This document shows, piece after piece, positions 43,574-53,621 of a DNA stretch of 64,000 nucleotides (the stretch's first letter is position 1; each line of letters begins with the position of its first letter). The DNA comes from a virus. Taxonomy: Duplodnaviria > Caudoviricetes. The notes beneath the pieces are model-generated. The model ran no database searches and was not told the origin of the DNA. It worked only from the letters and a program-made list of their open reading frames with translations. The stretch spans positions 151,993-215,992 of the IMG/VR virus record IMGVR_UViG_3300033074_000233; one strand, given 5' to 3'. Both the position numbers and the translations under genes were made by a program.

Positions 43574-43888
43574 ATGAGTATGCCACATACCTGTAAGTGT
43601 GGGACGTGTGACCACGAAATGGGTGGTCCTCTAGTATTCAATCCTAACTCACCTTTGCTCTCGGACGAAAAACCTGATCCAGTAAAGTGTGCCGTGCGTG
43701 GATGCCGCAACTTTAGCGATGGCGGAACTTTTCATGGCGAGATTTGTTCGGCCTGCTTTGACATGCTTGTGTCCGGAGAAGTACACAAGTCCAGCCATAC
43801 GTTCATAGGCGGACTGTATCGTGAGGCGCTTGAACGTAGAAACAGCATCAATTCACAAGGCAAGCCTGTTCCCGAAGAGGACGATTAA

Positions 43889-44812
43889 ATGAAAGAAGGT
43901 CATTTGCAAGTAGCCAACGCCGTTGCCGACATGCTCGCCCGTGCCAAGAACGACGATCCAGAAGCCGCAAAGATTCGGTTGAAGCGTGAGCAAGAGGCCA
44001 AAGACGAACGCCTGAAGGCAGTTATTGCTTCGGCTAAGGCCGATCCAAAGGCTACGCTTGCCTTCAAGGTTTCGTGTGCTGACGAACTACACACGGCCTG
44101 GTACCGTGATAGTTTCCTTGCCAAGTTGCTGAACAGTGAGCAGATTGACGCGGTCTCGACAAAAGTCCTCATCTGGTGCAACACGATTACTCAAGGCATC
44201 ACAGTTCCGGATGAGCCTCACCTGCTTACGGAACTGTTCGTGGACATGCAGAACGCCGTCATGTACTCGGACGCCTGTCTGCTTGAGGAACTGAGCAAGA
44301 TTGTAGAGACCAAAGAAATCCTGCCAACGATGTTCGCGGACGTACTGGTATCCGAACTGGATAAGAACTGCTATCGGTACGCCCTAATCAACTCGGGCAC
44401 TTGGTCTCACCTGCTTAGCAATCCGAAGATACACCACAACTTTGATCCGGTAAGTAAGCACGAACTCCTGCTTACAGGTATGCTTGGTCTGTATGGACCA
44501 CAGACCAACGTAATTTTCAATGGACCCGCGAAGAACGAGGCTGAGTCCAAAAAGTGTGTCGTATATACGGATGCTTTCCGCCATCCTCAGGCCAGATCGT
44601 TCAAGTACAGTAGTCCGTCAGACGTATTCCTGTTTAAGACAGGCCTCAAGTATGACGGCGACATTACCTTTGAACAGGAAGACAACATCACCTACGGAGG
44701 CACGGACAATCCAATTAAGGGCCTGAAACTCGTTGTCAAACTCGACGAGTACGTCATGACCTCAGTTTATAATTGTGCAATCCGGGTTAAGGAGTTCTCC
44801 AATGCAACCTGA
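43889..44812 (+). CDS. divergent major capsid protein-like paralogue
   Basis: FDPVSKHELLLTGMLG and TDAFRHP resemble recalled RSL1/Lu11-type MCP motifs; lies outside any head operon. Confidence 0.6.
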   Translation: MKEGHLQVANAVADMLARAKNDDPEAAKIRLKREQEAKDERLKAVIASAKADPKATLAFKVSCADELHTAWYRDSFLAKLLNSEQIDAVSTKVLIWCNTITQGITVPDEPHLLTELFVDMQNAVMYSDACLLEELSKIVETKEILPTMFADVLVSELDKNCYRYALINSGTWSHLLSNPKIHHNFDPVSKHELLLTGMLGLYGPQTNVIFNGPAKNEAESKKCVVYTDAFRHPQARSFKYSSPSDVFLFKTGLKYDGDITFEQEDNITYGGTDNPIKGLKLVVKLDEYVMTSVYNCAIRVKEFSNAT

Positions 44813-45044
44813 GCGTAAGGTGTTTCACATTGATACGGGTCCTGAGCCTATTACTGAGGCACAGTGTTCTGCGCTGATAAAGGCCTTCCATCGAGAGAAC
44901 CCAAAGTTCATCGAGGAGATTACTCGGCTCAAGGACATGCCTGATTCCGAAATTGATTTCAGCGACATTCCTGAATCGAAGCCAGGCGATTGGGATAACG
45001 CAACACGACCTGGTGCTCTTGACGTACAGAGGAAGCCAAAATGA
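44802..45044 (+). CDS. chimeric micro-protein: T4-portal-like peptide plus BrnA-antitoxin-like N-terminal segment
   Basis: PERKVFHIDTG followed by LKDMPDSEIDFSDIPE....W.NA.R.G. Confidence 0.55.
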   Translation: MQPERKVFHIDTGPEPITEAQCSALIKAFHRENPKFIEEITRLKDMPDSEIDFSDIPESKPGDWDNATRPGALDVQRKPK

Positions 45045-46572
45045 ATGAGCGTGATTTTGTCTACTGGCTGAACGGCCACGTAGAGTTGAATCCAATGCAG
45101 GATCACCCTACACCAGCACAGTGGAAGATGATTAAGGAACACCTGGCTCTGGTGATGACCAAAGTCACGCCTGACTTAATAGGTAAGCCTCATGATTTTC
45201 ACCCTGGCTCTAAGTTTCCACCTGCAGTTGAACCTCCTTTCATTGTCACCTGCGACTCCACTAGAAAACTCTGCTGAGGCCTGTATGACCGAACACAACG
45301 ATAATTCCGTAGACCAAATGTTTCAATCCTGGAAGTTCTGGGTATTCATGTTCAACGGTCTGCACATGATTACCACGTATGGCCGTACGGAAACAGAAGC
45401 CCGTGCGAATCTACAGATCATCGCCAACGACAACCCTGAGGTCAATCTGATTCCTGCAGAAGCCAACGTGATGTTTGATGTGGAGTCTCCGTTCGACCTC
45501 GACATTAAGGTTACGGATGATGAGACCTTGAAGAAACTGTGCGTACTGGTCACGCATACCATCGTCAAGAACGACCAGTGCAACATCCAGTTCCGTAACA
45601 TCGCGGCCCAGGCTGATACCGTAGCAACTGCGGAGATCGCAGGCGAAGGCGAGACCAAGCACTAATGACACTCTACTACGAGTCGCACATCACCATTGAA
45701 CCCGTGTTTGATGCCAGCCTAGAACGTGCGTCAGCGTTAGCCAAGGAACACGGCTTCAAGATTGCCGAACTCCTAATGAAGAAACGTGCTGAGGACACTC
45801 CTGAGCGTTCACAGCACGACACCTTCATGACAGGCCATAGCACTGAGTACGTGGACCTAAAGGTCAGGATGATAAACCTGATCGTTGCACTAAAGGAAAA
45901 CGGATTCACGCTCTGGCGATACAAGATAGAAGGCGTTGTAATGGATAGTCGCACCGAAGACGTACTTCGGTTACTATAAGTTGAGGACTCCAGAATGTCA
46001 CACCTAGTTAGGCTTATAGGAGGACGAGGTGACAGCGAATACCTTAAGGTAGCCTCAGATAGTGCTGGTAGGCCCCTACCAGAAGTTCGCTACATACCCT
46101 CGCGTCCAGCCACGCTATTTGAGCGAATGCGAATGCGAACAGGTCAGGATGGTGTGATACAGAATACTTTCGACCACTACATACTGTCGATATGGCACTG
46201 CGGTGGCAAAGAGTTCTATGTATACCGTCATGAATCCTTAGGAGAGCAAGACGTATTTCCAAAGTTGTTAGAAGGTTACACGCCATACCATAAACGAAAT
46301 CACGATTACAACGGGAGACCAAAGATATGAAAGGTGGTACTTACGCAGAGGCTTTGAGGGCAGGTTTCAGTTCAGAACAAGCGGGGTTCTTTGGCCGCAT
46401 GAGCGGCGAGACAAAGGACGAGGCAGAGGAAAGAGTTGTAAAGGCCCTAGATGGAATCATCGACAAGAAGATAGCGATTACCTTGATACACCACAGAATG
46501 GTAGCAGGTAGCGTGGGCTACATACTTGGCTTCATTTCCTGCGTGGTGCTGTTTGCAGTCGTGGGGAGCTAA
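45041..46572 (+). other. final hypothetical CDSs of the + block (45041-45277, 45285-45665, 45665-45979, 45995-46330, 46327-46572)
   Basis: ORF tiling with RBSs. Confidence 0.6.
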
Positions 46573-46618
46573 AAAGGCGCAAACTTGTGATTTGTTAGTA
46601 CAGACACGCAAAACGCAG

Positions 46619-46644
46619 AAAGGGCCCCAAAAGGGCCCTTTTTT
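46619..46644. terminator. intrinsic terminator at the convergent strand switch
   Basis: AAAGGGCCC-CAAAA-GGGCCCTTTTTT. Confidence 0.85.
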
Positions 46645-46663
46645 ACGCTTAAAATTGGCTGGT

Positions 46664-46888
46664 TTATGGGAGAATCGTGAGACTCTTACCTGAGAAATAA
46701 GTACGAAATATCACGATCAGGAGAGGAAGGCCCATTGATGCTGCCTGGTACATATCAGTAGGCATCAGACCTTCAAACGAGGACAAGTCCTTTTGCAGGA
46801 GAGTCAGAACCTCAAGTGCAAGCGCAGACCAAATGATCTTGGACTGGTACACGGGCTTGCTAGTGGCTACAGGTGCAATATCAGTCAT
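46664..46888 (-). CDS. holin-like two-TM protein
   Basis: KPVYQSKIIW N-terminus, two hydrophobic segments. Confidence 0.5.
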   Translation of the reverse strand: MTDIAPVATSKPVYQSKIIWSALALEVLTLLQKDLSSFEGLMPTDMYQAASMGLPLLIVIFRTYFSGKSLTILP

Positions 46889-47424
46889 ACAATTCTCCGA
46901 AGTGGCTTAGTGCTTATGACCAACCTATTCAGGTTAGCCGCTTTCTCACTCCATACCTCAATCGGGTAATTACCTGCTTTCGTTATCCGCCGAAAAGATT
47001 CCTTCTCGGCATCAAACGCATACACATAGCAGCCAATAGCCAAGGCTGCTGGTATGATCTTCACTTCCCAAAAATATCGTCCTGCTTTGGTTTGTTTCTT
47101 GTCACTGTAGATTACGCCTGCTTCCTTCAAGGCGTATTCCAGAAAGATGCGCTCGGGAATCCGTTTACGCTTTATCGTGGGGTCACGCTGTACTGCTACT
47201 TGGGCCCATCCAACTACACCTGCTAAGGTTGTCTTACGGAAGAATCCGAAGTAGCGTTGAACAGCAAGCAAGTCCACACCTTGGTACATCATGTACGTTC
47301 TGGACCTACTATGCTGCACGGTAATGCCTGATATAGAGCCTATTGCGCGATAGGCTTTCCATTCGCGGAACGGCTTACCTATTGATTTCCAGCGTCTGAG
47401 TTCTTCTTCTGATATGACGCGCAT
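46885..47424 (-). CDS. GNAT-like protein
   Basis: IYSDKKQTKAGRYFW motif recalled from jumbo-phage GNAT-like proteins. Confidence 0.5.
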   Translation of the reverse strand: MRVISEEELRRWKSIGKPFREWKAYRAIGSISGITVQHSRSRTYMMYQGVDLLAVQRYFGFFRKTTLAGVVGWAQVAVQRDPTIKRKRIPERIFLEYALKEAGVIYSDKKQTKAGRYFWEVKIIPAALAIGCYVYAFDAEKESFRRITKAGNYPIEVWSEKAANLNRLVISTKPLRRIV

Positions 47425-47429
47425 GGTTC

Positions 47430-47936
47430 TCAGGCCTCACGAACTACGTCCCGGAACAACAGCGCGTCAGTCTTGGGCTTCTCTGCCCATATGTACTTCG
47501 GTCTATTCTTGGACTTCTCCCAGCGCATTGTCGAGTGACAGATAACTACTGGGACTTCCTTTACACCAAGAGCGCGCAGGGCACGGGCACGATGACGACC
47601 TTCGTGGCCTGTTACCTGCCAGTTCTTGGCAGATTGACTCATTCCTACGTCTTCATCCTTCTTGACGTCGTTGTCCACTTTCAGGTAAGGAATGGACTCA
47701 AGAGGAATCTTGTCACGCAACAGCAGGCTTACCGTGCGCTCTTTGGCCGCATCAAACCCGTTACGGGCAAGGGCCAAGAAATCATCAATGTCCATGTATA
47801 CAAGGCGCTCACGGCTCATGCCATTGTCATAGCGCGCTTTAACTAAAGCGTCCTCGCTAAAGTACTGGTCGGCCTCGTGAACTTTTGCCTTAGCCGATTT
47901 CTTACTACTCTTTGGCTTGGTCTTAATGATTATCAT
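47430..47936 (-). CDS. ParB/sulfiredoxin-like domain protein
   Basis: VTGHEGRHRARALRALG...VPV. Confidence 0.75.
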   Translation of the reverse strand: MIIIKTKPKSSKKSAKAKVHEADQYFSEDALVKARYDNGMSRERLVYMDIDDFLALARNGFDAAKERTVSLLLRDKIPLESIPYLKVDNDVKKDEDVGMSQSAKNWQVTGHEGRHRARALRALGVKEVPVVICHSTMRWEKSKNRPKYIWAEKPKTDALLFRDVVREA

Positions 47937-47945
47937 GGACGTTCC

Positions 47946-48371
47946 TTAATCGTCAGCGATCATGTCTAGGAAAATTACGCGAGGCTGTATCTTTGCAATG
48001 CGGCAGATAGACAGGCGGGTGTTACCAGCAAACAGCATCACCTTTTGATTACCTTGCTTGTCGATGTACGCAACAAGTATTGGCAGAGGACACTTATTGT
48101 TTATCAGAAGCGCATCCAGCAAGAAGGCAAAGTTGGCTAGAGGCTTCTGATAGGCTTGTAACAGACTTGCCAAATGGCCGTAAGACTTCATTCTCCAACT
48201 ATCCGTGTTCTCCAACTTGGCCCACATCGACTGAACCAAGAGTTTGGGCGAGTGTTGTTCGTTATAGGCCGTGCGAAGGTCTTCCATGGATAGGCCTATC
48301 TTGCGGCCTAGTTGCTGAAACTCCTCAGCCTCATCGTTGAAGTGAGACTTGTACCACTTGATCGTAGCCAT
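47946..48371 (-). CDS. ParB-like domain protein
   Basis: PLPILV...LFAGNTRL. Confidence 0.6.
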   Translation of the reverse strand: MATIKWYKSHFNDEAEEFQQLGRKIGLSMEDLRTAYNEQHSPKLLVQSMWAKLENTDSWRMKSYGHLASLLQAYQKPLANFAFLLDALLINNKCPLPILVAYIDKQGNQKVMLFAGNTRLSICRIAKIQPRVIFLDMIADD

Positions 48372-48412
48372 GAACAGACCTCTCTATCTTGACACACTAC
48401 TTTACAGAATTA

Positions 48413-48919
48413 TTATCTCGGGTCTACAAAGTCGATTACGTCATTTACGTCCGTTATGGCCAACATTTGAACCTTCAAGGCCCGACCACTAGCAATGTGC
48501 ATGTTTACAACCATGTTCATAGTCAGAGTGAACGACGTTGCCTCTGTTGCGTTTGCTAACAGATATTCTTCATCATCAAACGTGGTAATTGCAAAAGGCC
48601 AAGCATTCATGGCCGTAATAACATCAGAGAAGGCTTTAATTTTTGTCCAGTTTCCTTGGGCGTTTGCGCTTAAAGAAAAGCGTACACCGTTGAATACCGC
48701 ACCTTGTTCTATCAAATCCTGCGTTCTTCGGTCAATTTTTTCTATCAACTTTTGCTTTTCAGCGGCAATAGAAGTTGACACCACTGTCGGCTCATTTCCA
48801 GACTGAACCCAAGCAATATAATCTATGTAGTCAGAATCAATTTGACTTTGACAAGGTGATATTACTTTGTTGTCAGAGTTACGAATTACCGTTCCTTCTT
48901 GTGTGTTTAGTGTGTACAT
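48413..48919 (-). CDS. tail-fibre associated protein (DUF4376-like)
   Basis: DY.DYIAWV.SGNEP N-terminus; located after the fibre gene. Confidence 0.6.
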   Translation of the reverse strand: MYTLNTQEGTVIRNSDNKVISPCQSQIDSDYIDYIAWVQSGNEPTVVSTSIAAEKQKLIEKIDRRTQDLIEQGAVFNGVRFSLSANAQGNWTKIKAFSDVITAMNAWPFAITTFDDEEYLLANATEATSFTLTMNMVVNMHIASGRALKVQMLAITDVNDVIDFVDPR

Positions 48920-48921
48920 GA

Positions 48922-51720
48922 TTATAAGTCCGATTCAATATATTGGGAAATTAGGGCTATTCCTATTACACTAGAAGTTCCACCAACACTCATCCAAGCG
49001 CGAGGTGCAAGTAAAGTAGTTGTTGTAGGAAGGTTTGTGGTAATAGTACCTGTCGCTTTATTGCTTGTGTTCAATTCATTAACCTCATAGGATACAGACT
49101 GAGTTGTACCCGGAGGTGAAAAAAGTGCAAGTTCATAGGTCTTTGTTCTATCTACTGTAGGTACAGGAAAAGAAGCACCTAAGTCAATTTTGTTAATTGC
49201 ACCAGCAGCCCTGTACATAATTTGTATGTTTGTATCTGCTGAGTCCCAGCCAAGACCAATTATGTTTGTAATAGTTGACGGTTCAACATCTGTTGGCGCG
49301 GTTGTTACTGATGCCATGCCAACAAAACATCTATTTGTTGCCGTTGCAACACCAGTTGAAGGTGCCCAACGAGTTATGTAATGGAAACCGCCGAGCCCTG
49401 CTGCTGTTCCTCCAATAGTCCACTGCGCGGAGGTATATCTCCATCCAGCAACGGCTGTTGTTGCGGCTGTTGTTACTAAATATTCAACACGTTTTTGATA
49501 GGTGTATATGTTAGTAGTTGCGACGTTTGCGGTTGTCGCTGTACCTGTTGCGGTTAACGCACCTGTTCCCAAGAGTGAAATAGTAACTGCGTTTCCAACA
49601 GCATTCCACAAAGCAACTTTATTTCGTGCTGTATGTGGTTGTAATGCCGTATCTAAACCAGAAGGGCCAACTATTGCTAACATATCTCTGCCAGCAATTT
49701 CTCGGCCAAATAATTTAACACCGGCTGAGGGCGTAGAGGGTGAAGCGTTTATACTTAACAGAAGATCAGAGCCATCTATTAGGACGTTACCTGCGCCACC
49801 TAAAGCCCCTGCGTTATTGTACTGTATTTGTTGGTTTGAACCAGCAGGTGATGCTGAAACTGCTAAATCACCAGAACCTAAAAGAGTTGTTCCATTGACG
49901 GTCTTAATGTCTGTACCGGACACAACAGCCGATATTGCAGTACCATTACCTTTTAGTATACCCGTGATCGAGGTAGTCAAGGTAATTGCAGGAGTTGTTG
50001 TTGCAGTAGCCACAGTTCCTGCAAATCCGTTAGCACTTACAACGGATACTGAGGTTACGGTACCACCACCAGCAATCGCCGACCATGTACCATCACCTTT
50101 TAGGTACTTGGCTGAATCCCCAGATACAGTTGCAGGCACAAGACCCTTGACGCCACCAGCACCTGAATCTGCACCGAATACGTTAAGCAGAGCGGTGGCT
50201 TGGGTTGCGGTTAGGTCTTCTACGTTACCTGTGCCTGCAGTAGTTCTGCCCTTGAAGGTAGCGGTCGCTACCGTCGCTTGCATGGCATTAGTGACTACGT
50301 TAGCAGCAATCGTAGTAGCGAACGATCCTGTTCCGCTACCAGTTACGTTACCCGTAAGGGTTATTGTCTGATCGCCGGTGTTAGTACCACTGGAAGTGCC
50401 TGAGTGTGAACCGGATATAGAACTTGTACCTGTTACAGCCAGTGTGGGCGTAGCCGATCCAGAAAGAACAACCGAGTTAACTGACGTAGGCGTAATAGCG
50501 CCCAGCGTAAGAGTTATAGTTGGGTTAGTGGTTGTGCCACCAATAGCACCCGATACACCATTAGCGGTGGTGACAGTGATGGCAGAAACTTTTGCACCTA
50601 AGTCTGTATTGTCAGCAATAGTCCCGTCACGATCTTGGAAAGTATACGTTCTTGCTGCGGTGTTGGTGTTGGTTAAGAAGGAAGTAAACGTGTTGGCCGC
50701 GTTCTTGAAGTTGTGCTTAAACAACGTCATTCCAACATAGCCGCCAGTAGCATCCTTATTTGCTGTGGCTTCTGCACCAGATACTTGGCTTACGGTAATA
50801 CCCGTTAGAGCAGCACCTGAACCTGTGGGTGCTAGATAATCAGTACCTGCAGTGGCCGCAGAAATAGCCGTGCCGTTGCCCTTGAGGATACCTGTTATTG
50901 AGGTCGTAATTGTAATGGCTGGCGTTGTGCTAGCGGTTGCTACTGTGCCAGCAAATCCGTTTGCGCTTACTACTGATACCGAAGTAACAGTGCCGCCACC
51001 TCCAATAGAAGACCAGGTTCCGTCACCTTTTAGATACTTTGCAGCGTCACCTGAAACAGTGGCAGGTACTAAGCCCTTAACTCCGCCGGCTCCTGCATCC
51101 GCACCAAAGACATTCAATAGTGCAGTAGCCTGTGTAGCCGTTAGGTCTTCGACGTTACCTGTGCCTGCAGTAGTACGTCCTTTAAACGTGGCTGTTGCTA
51201 CGGTGGCCTGCATAGCGTTTGTTACTACGTTGCTTGCTATCGTCGTAGCAAACGAACCCGTGCCAGAGCCTGTGACGTTACCTGTAAGGGTTATGGTTTG
51301 ATCACCAGTATTTGTACCACTTGAAGTTCCAGAATGAGAACCAGAAATGGATGACGTGCCTGTAACGGACAGCGTTGGTGTGGCTGATCCTGATATCACC
51401 ACGCTGTTCACACTCGTAGGTGTAATAGCACCAAGCGTTAGTGTTATGGCAGGAGTCGTTGTGTTGGTTGCTACCGAGCCGGACACGCCATTAGCCGTAG
51501 TCACGGAAACCGTAGTCACCGTACCCGCGTTAAAGGTCGTGCCTCCTTGCTGGATTAGAACCTTACCCGTATCAGTGTCATACCTCATCATACCGTTTAC
51601 TAACGGAGGTGCGGACGCTGTTGAGCCTCCAGGTATTACTAAAGCACCCGTACCACCAATAGTGAGGACTCCGTTATTGGTATTAGGAGTGATTGTGTCT
51701 GTATCATTATCAAAATCCAT
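48922..51720 (-). CDS. tail fibre protein with ~216-aa internal duplication
   Basis: Thr/Gly-rich, SGTNTGDQTITLTG, KYLKGDGTW, GTVTSVSV repeats. Confidence 0.85.
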   Translation of the reverse strand: MDFDNDTDTITPNTNNGVLTIGGTGALVIPGGSTASAPPLVNGMMRYDTDTGKVLIQQGGTTFNAGTVTTVSVTTANGVSGSVATNTTTPAITLTLGAITPTSVNSVVISGSATPTLSVTGTSSISGSHSGTSSGTNTGDQTITLTGNVTGSGTGSFATTIASNVVTNAMQATVATATFKGRTTAGTGNVEDLTATQATALLNVFGADAGAGGVKGLVPATVSGDAAKYLKGDGTWSSIGGGGTVTSVSVVSANGFAGTVATASTTPAITITTSITGILKGNGTAISAATAGTDYLAPTGSGAALTGITVSQVSGAEATANKDATGGYVGMTLFKHNFKNAANTFTSFLTNTNTAARTYTFQDRDGTIADNTDLGAKVSAITVTTANGVSGAIGGTTTNPTITLTLGAITPTSVNSVVLSGSATPTLAVTGTSSISGSHSGTSSGTNTGDQTITLTGNVTGSGTGSFATTIAANVVTNAMQATVATATFKGRTTAGTGNVEDLTATQATALLNVFGADSGAGGVKGLVPATVSGDSAKYLKGDGTWSAIAGGGTVTSVSVVSANGFAGTVATATTTPAITLTTSITGILKGNGTAISAVVSGTDIKTVNGTTLLGSGDLAVSASPAGSNQQIQYNNAGALGGAGNVLIDGSDLLLSINASPSTPSAGVKLFGREIAGRDMLAIVGPSGLDTALQPHTARNKVALWNAVGNAVTISLLGTGALTATGTATTANVATTNIYTYQKRVEYLVTTAATTAVAGWRYTSAQWTIGGTAAGLGGFHYITRWAPSTGVATATNRCFVGMASVTTAPTDVEPSTITNIIGLGWDSADTNIQIMYRAAGAINKIDLGASFPVPTVDRTKTYELALFSPPGTTQSVSYEVNELNTSNKATGTITTNLPTTTTLLAPRAWMSVGGTSSVIGIALISQYIESDL

Positions 51721-51733
51721 AGCACACCCCGAA

Positions 51734-53605
51734 TTAGTTTGTTACTTCTGCGGTTGTAACAACCGCAACCCAACGGATTGTCTTTGCGTTCTGCCCTGTT
51801 ACTGTGATTCGTAAATCACCATCAGTCGTGTTTGCCGTTAAAGCAGCATCCCATGCAGCCGTGTTTTCACCGAGAACAGTTTTCACCGGAACACCTACAA
51901 AAACAATGGATGCGGCTGTACCTTCTTTTCTGACAACGCCTTCAAACTTATAGCCTGCACCTTCTGTACCTGCATCAGTTCTGCGCGCCGTTACCAGTAT
52001 GGAGAATGTCCAAACAGAACTGTTAGACACTACCAAACGCTGCGTTGCTGCTACTCCGTCCAAGTATAGCGGCGTCGCGGTGTTATTAGTAGTTATGTTT
52101 CTAAGTACATAGGTACCTTGTTGGGCGTCCCCATTAGTTGCAAATCTACCGTTTGCTCTGGCTCTTTGGCCCCAAATCTTTGCGTCCGAGCCATTGCCTT
52201 CACCGTGACCGCCAACAGAGGTTGCACTAGCGCCACTACCTATTGCTGTAGCGTTTGCACCTGTGGTAACAAGAGCAGTCGGAGTAGAGGGATTCTCCTT
52301 GTACAACTGTATCGGCAGATCAGCAAGCGCGGCTATAGACAGAACACCTGTACCTGTCGTTGACTTCAGGACACCTGTAGCAAGAGCCGAGGTACCTGCA
52401 GAATAGTCTGTGCCTGAGGTTGCTGCGGACAGAGCCGTACCGTTCCCCTTAACCAATCCAGTTACGGATGTAGTAAGAGTAATTGCTGGCGTTGCTCCAC
52501 CACTGGACGAACCCGCAAAGCCGTTAGCACTTACTATGGATACCGCGGTAACAGTACCTGCGTTACCTGCAACATAGGTTCCAGCACCGGTTAGGAACTT
52601 GGTCGCATCACCCGCTGTAGGTGCAGGCACTAGACCTTTAGTTCCACCAGCCCCTGAGTCCCCGACCATTATGTTAAGTAGGGCTGTGGCTTGAGTAGAG
52701 GTCAAGTCTTCTACGTTTCCAACGCCAGCAGTAGTACGACCCTTGAACGTAGCCGTTGCTACTGTTGCCAGCATACCATTGGTGACTGCGTTGTTTGCAA
52801 TCGTTGTCGCAAAACTTCCAGTTCCTGATCCAGTCACGTTACCTGTCAGGGTTATGGTCTGGTCACCCGTATTGGTTCCGCTAACGGAAGTAGTTCCCGT
52901 AACGGTTAAAGTTGGAGTTGATAATCCCGTCAGTACAACAGTGTTAAAACTCGGGGCAACTATGTTTCCGATAGTTTGAAGAACACCAGCGTTGTTTATG
53001 TTTAATACTGGAGATGGAACCAGAGATCCATCTGGTGTAAGGCTAACAGTAAAGCGTCCTGGTGCAGACGTATCTGACACAGTACCAGTACCGTCTACAC
53101 CAATACTAACATTTCCAAATATCTTATAATTGGTTCCGGCCCAACCTGTTCCATAAACAGTAAATACGTTTTGTCCATTCGTTACGTTAGCGTGACTTGA
53201 AGTATTGGAATTAGACCTAGCGCCTACTATCAACGGCTCTAGCACCGTGGAATGTCTATGGAGAATTGTCTGGGCGAAATTAGTACCGTCAATGTCAGAG
53301 ACTTTAAAGGTTGATTCAAACGTAGTTCCATTTACGTCGATTCCACTTGACTCTGTTCCGGGATCGCCCAGTATGGCCGAGGAGAAGGTAACGCTACTGT
53401 TAATATTAGCCTTAGTATTAAGTTGACTCAGGGTAACAAAATCAGTCAAACCTACACCATCAGCACCCTTAAGTTTTGTCAAAGTAACGCCATCATTGGC
53501 ATACACTTCAACCACACCAGCATTATTCTTTATCCTTGGACCGTCAATACCCAACTCAAGGTCAGGACCGACGCCGACTATACCGTAATGTTTGCTATCG
53601 GTCAT
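51734..53605 (-). CDS. tail fibre/structural protein sharing the same repeat module
   Basis: GTNTGDQTITLTGNVTGSGTGSFATTIA...; C-terminal RWVAVV motif. Confidence 0.8.
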   Translation of the reverse strand: MTDSKHYGIVGVGPDLELGIDGPRIKNNAGVVEVYANDGVTLTKLKGADGVGLTDFVTLSQLNTKANINSSVTFSSAILGDPGTESSGIDVNGTTFESTFKVSDIDGTNFAQTILHRHSTVLEPLIVGARSNSNTSSHANVTNGQNVFTVYGTGWAGTNYKIFGNVSIGVDGTGTVSDTSAPGRFTVSLTPDGSLVPSPVLNINNAGVLQTIGNIVAPSFNTVVLTGLSTPTLTVTGTTSVSGTNTGDQTITLTGNVTGSGTGSFATTIANNAVTNGMLATVATATFKGRTTAGVGNVEDLTSTQATALLNIMVGDSGAGGTKGLVPAPTAGDATKFLTGAGTYVAGNAGTVTAVSIVSANGFAGSSSGGATPAITLTTSVTGLVKGNGTALSAATSGTDYSAGTSALATGVLKSTTGTGVLSIAALADLPIQLYKENPSTPTALVTTGANATAIGSGASATSVGGHGEGNGSDAKIWGQRARANGRFATNGDAQQGTYVLRNITTNNTATPLYLDGVAATQRLVVSNSSVWTFSILVTARRTDAGTEGAGYKFEGVVRKEGTAASIVFVGVPVKTVLGENTAAWDAALTANTTDGDLRITVTGQNAKTIRWVAVVTTAEVTN

Positions 53606-53621
53606 GTCCTACTCCGATCTG

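Noticed and set aside
446-46322. Numerous - strand ORFs within the + strand block
   Set aside because: They are antisense shadows of RBS-bearing, tightly tiled + strand genes and show no recognisable motifs
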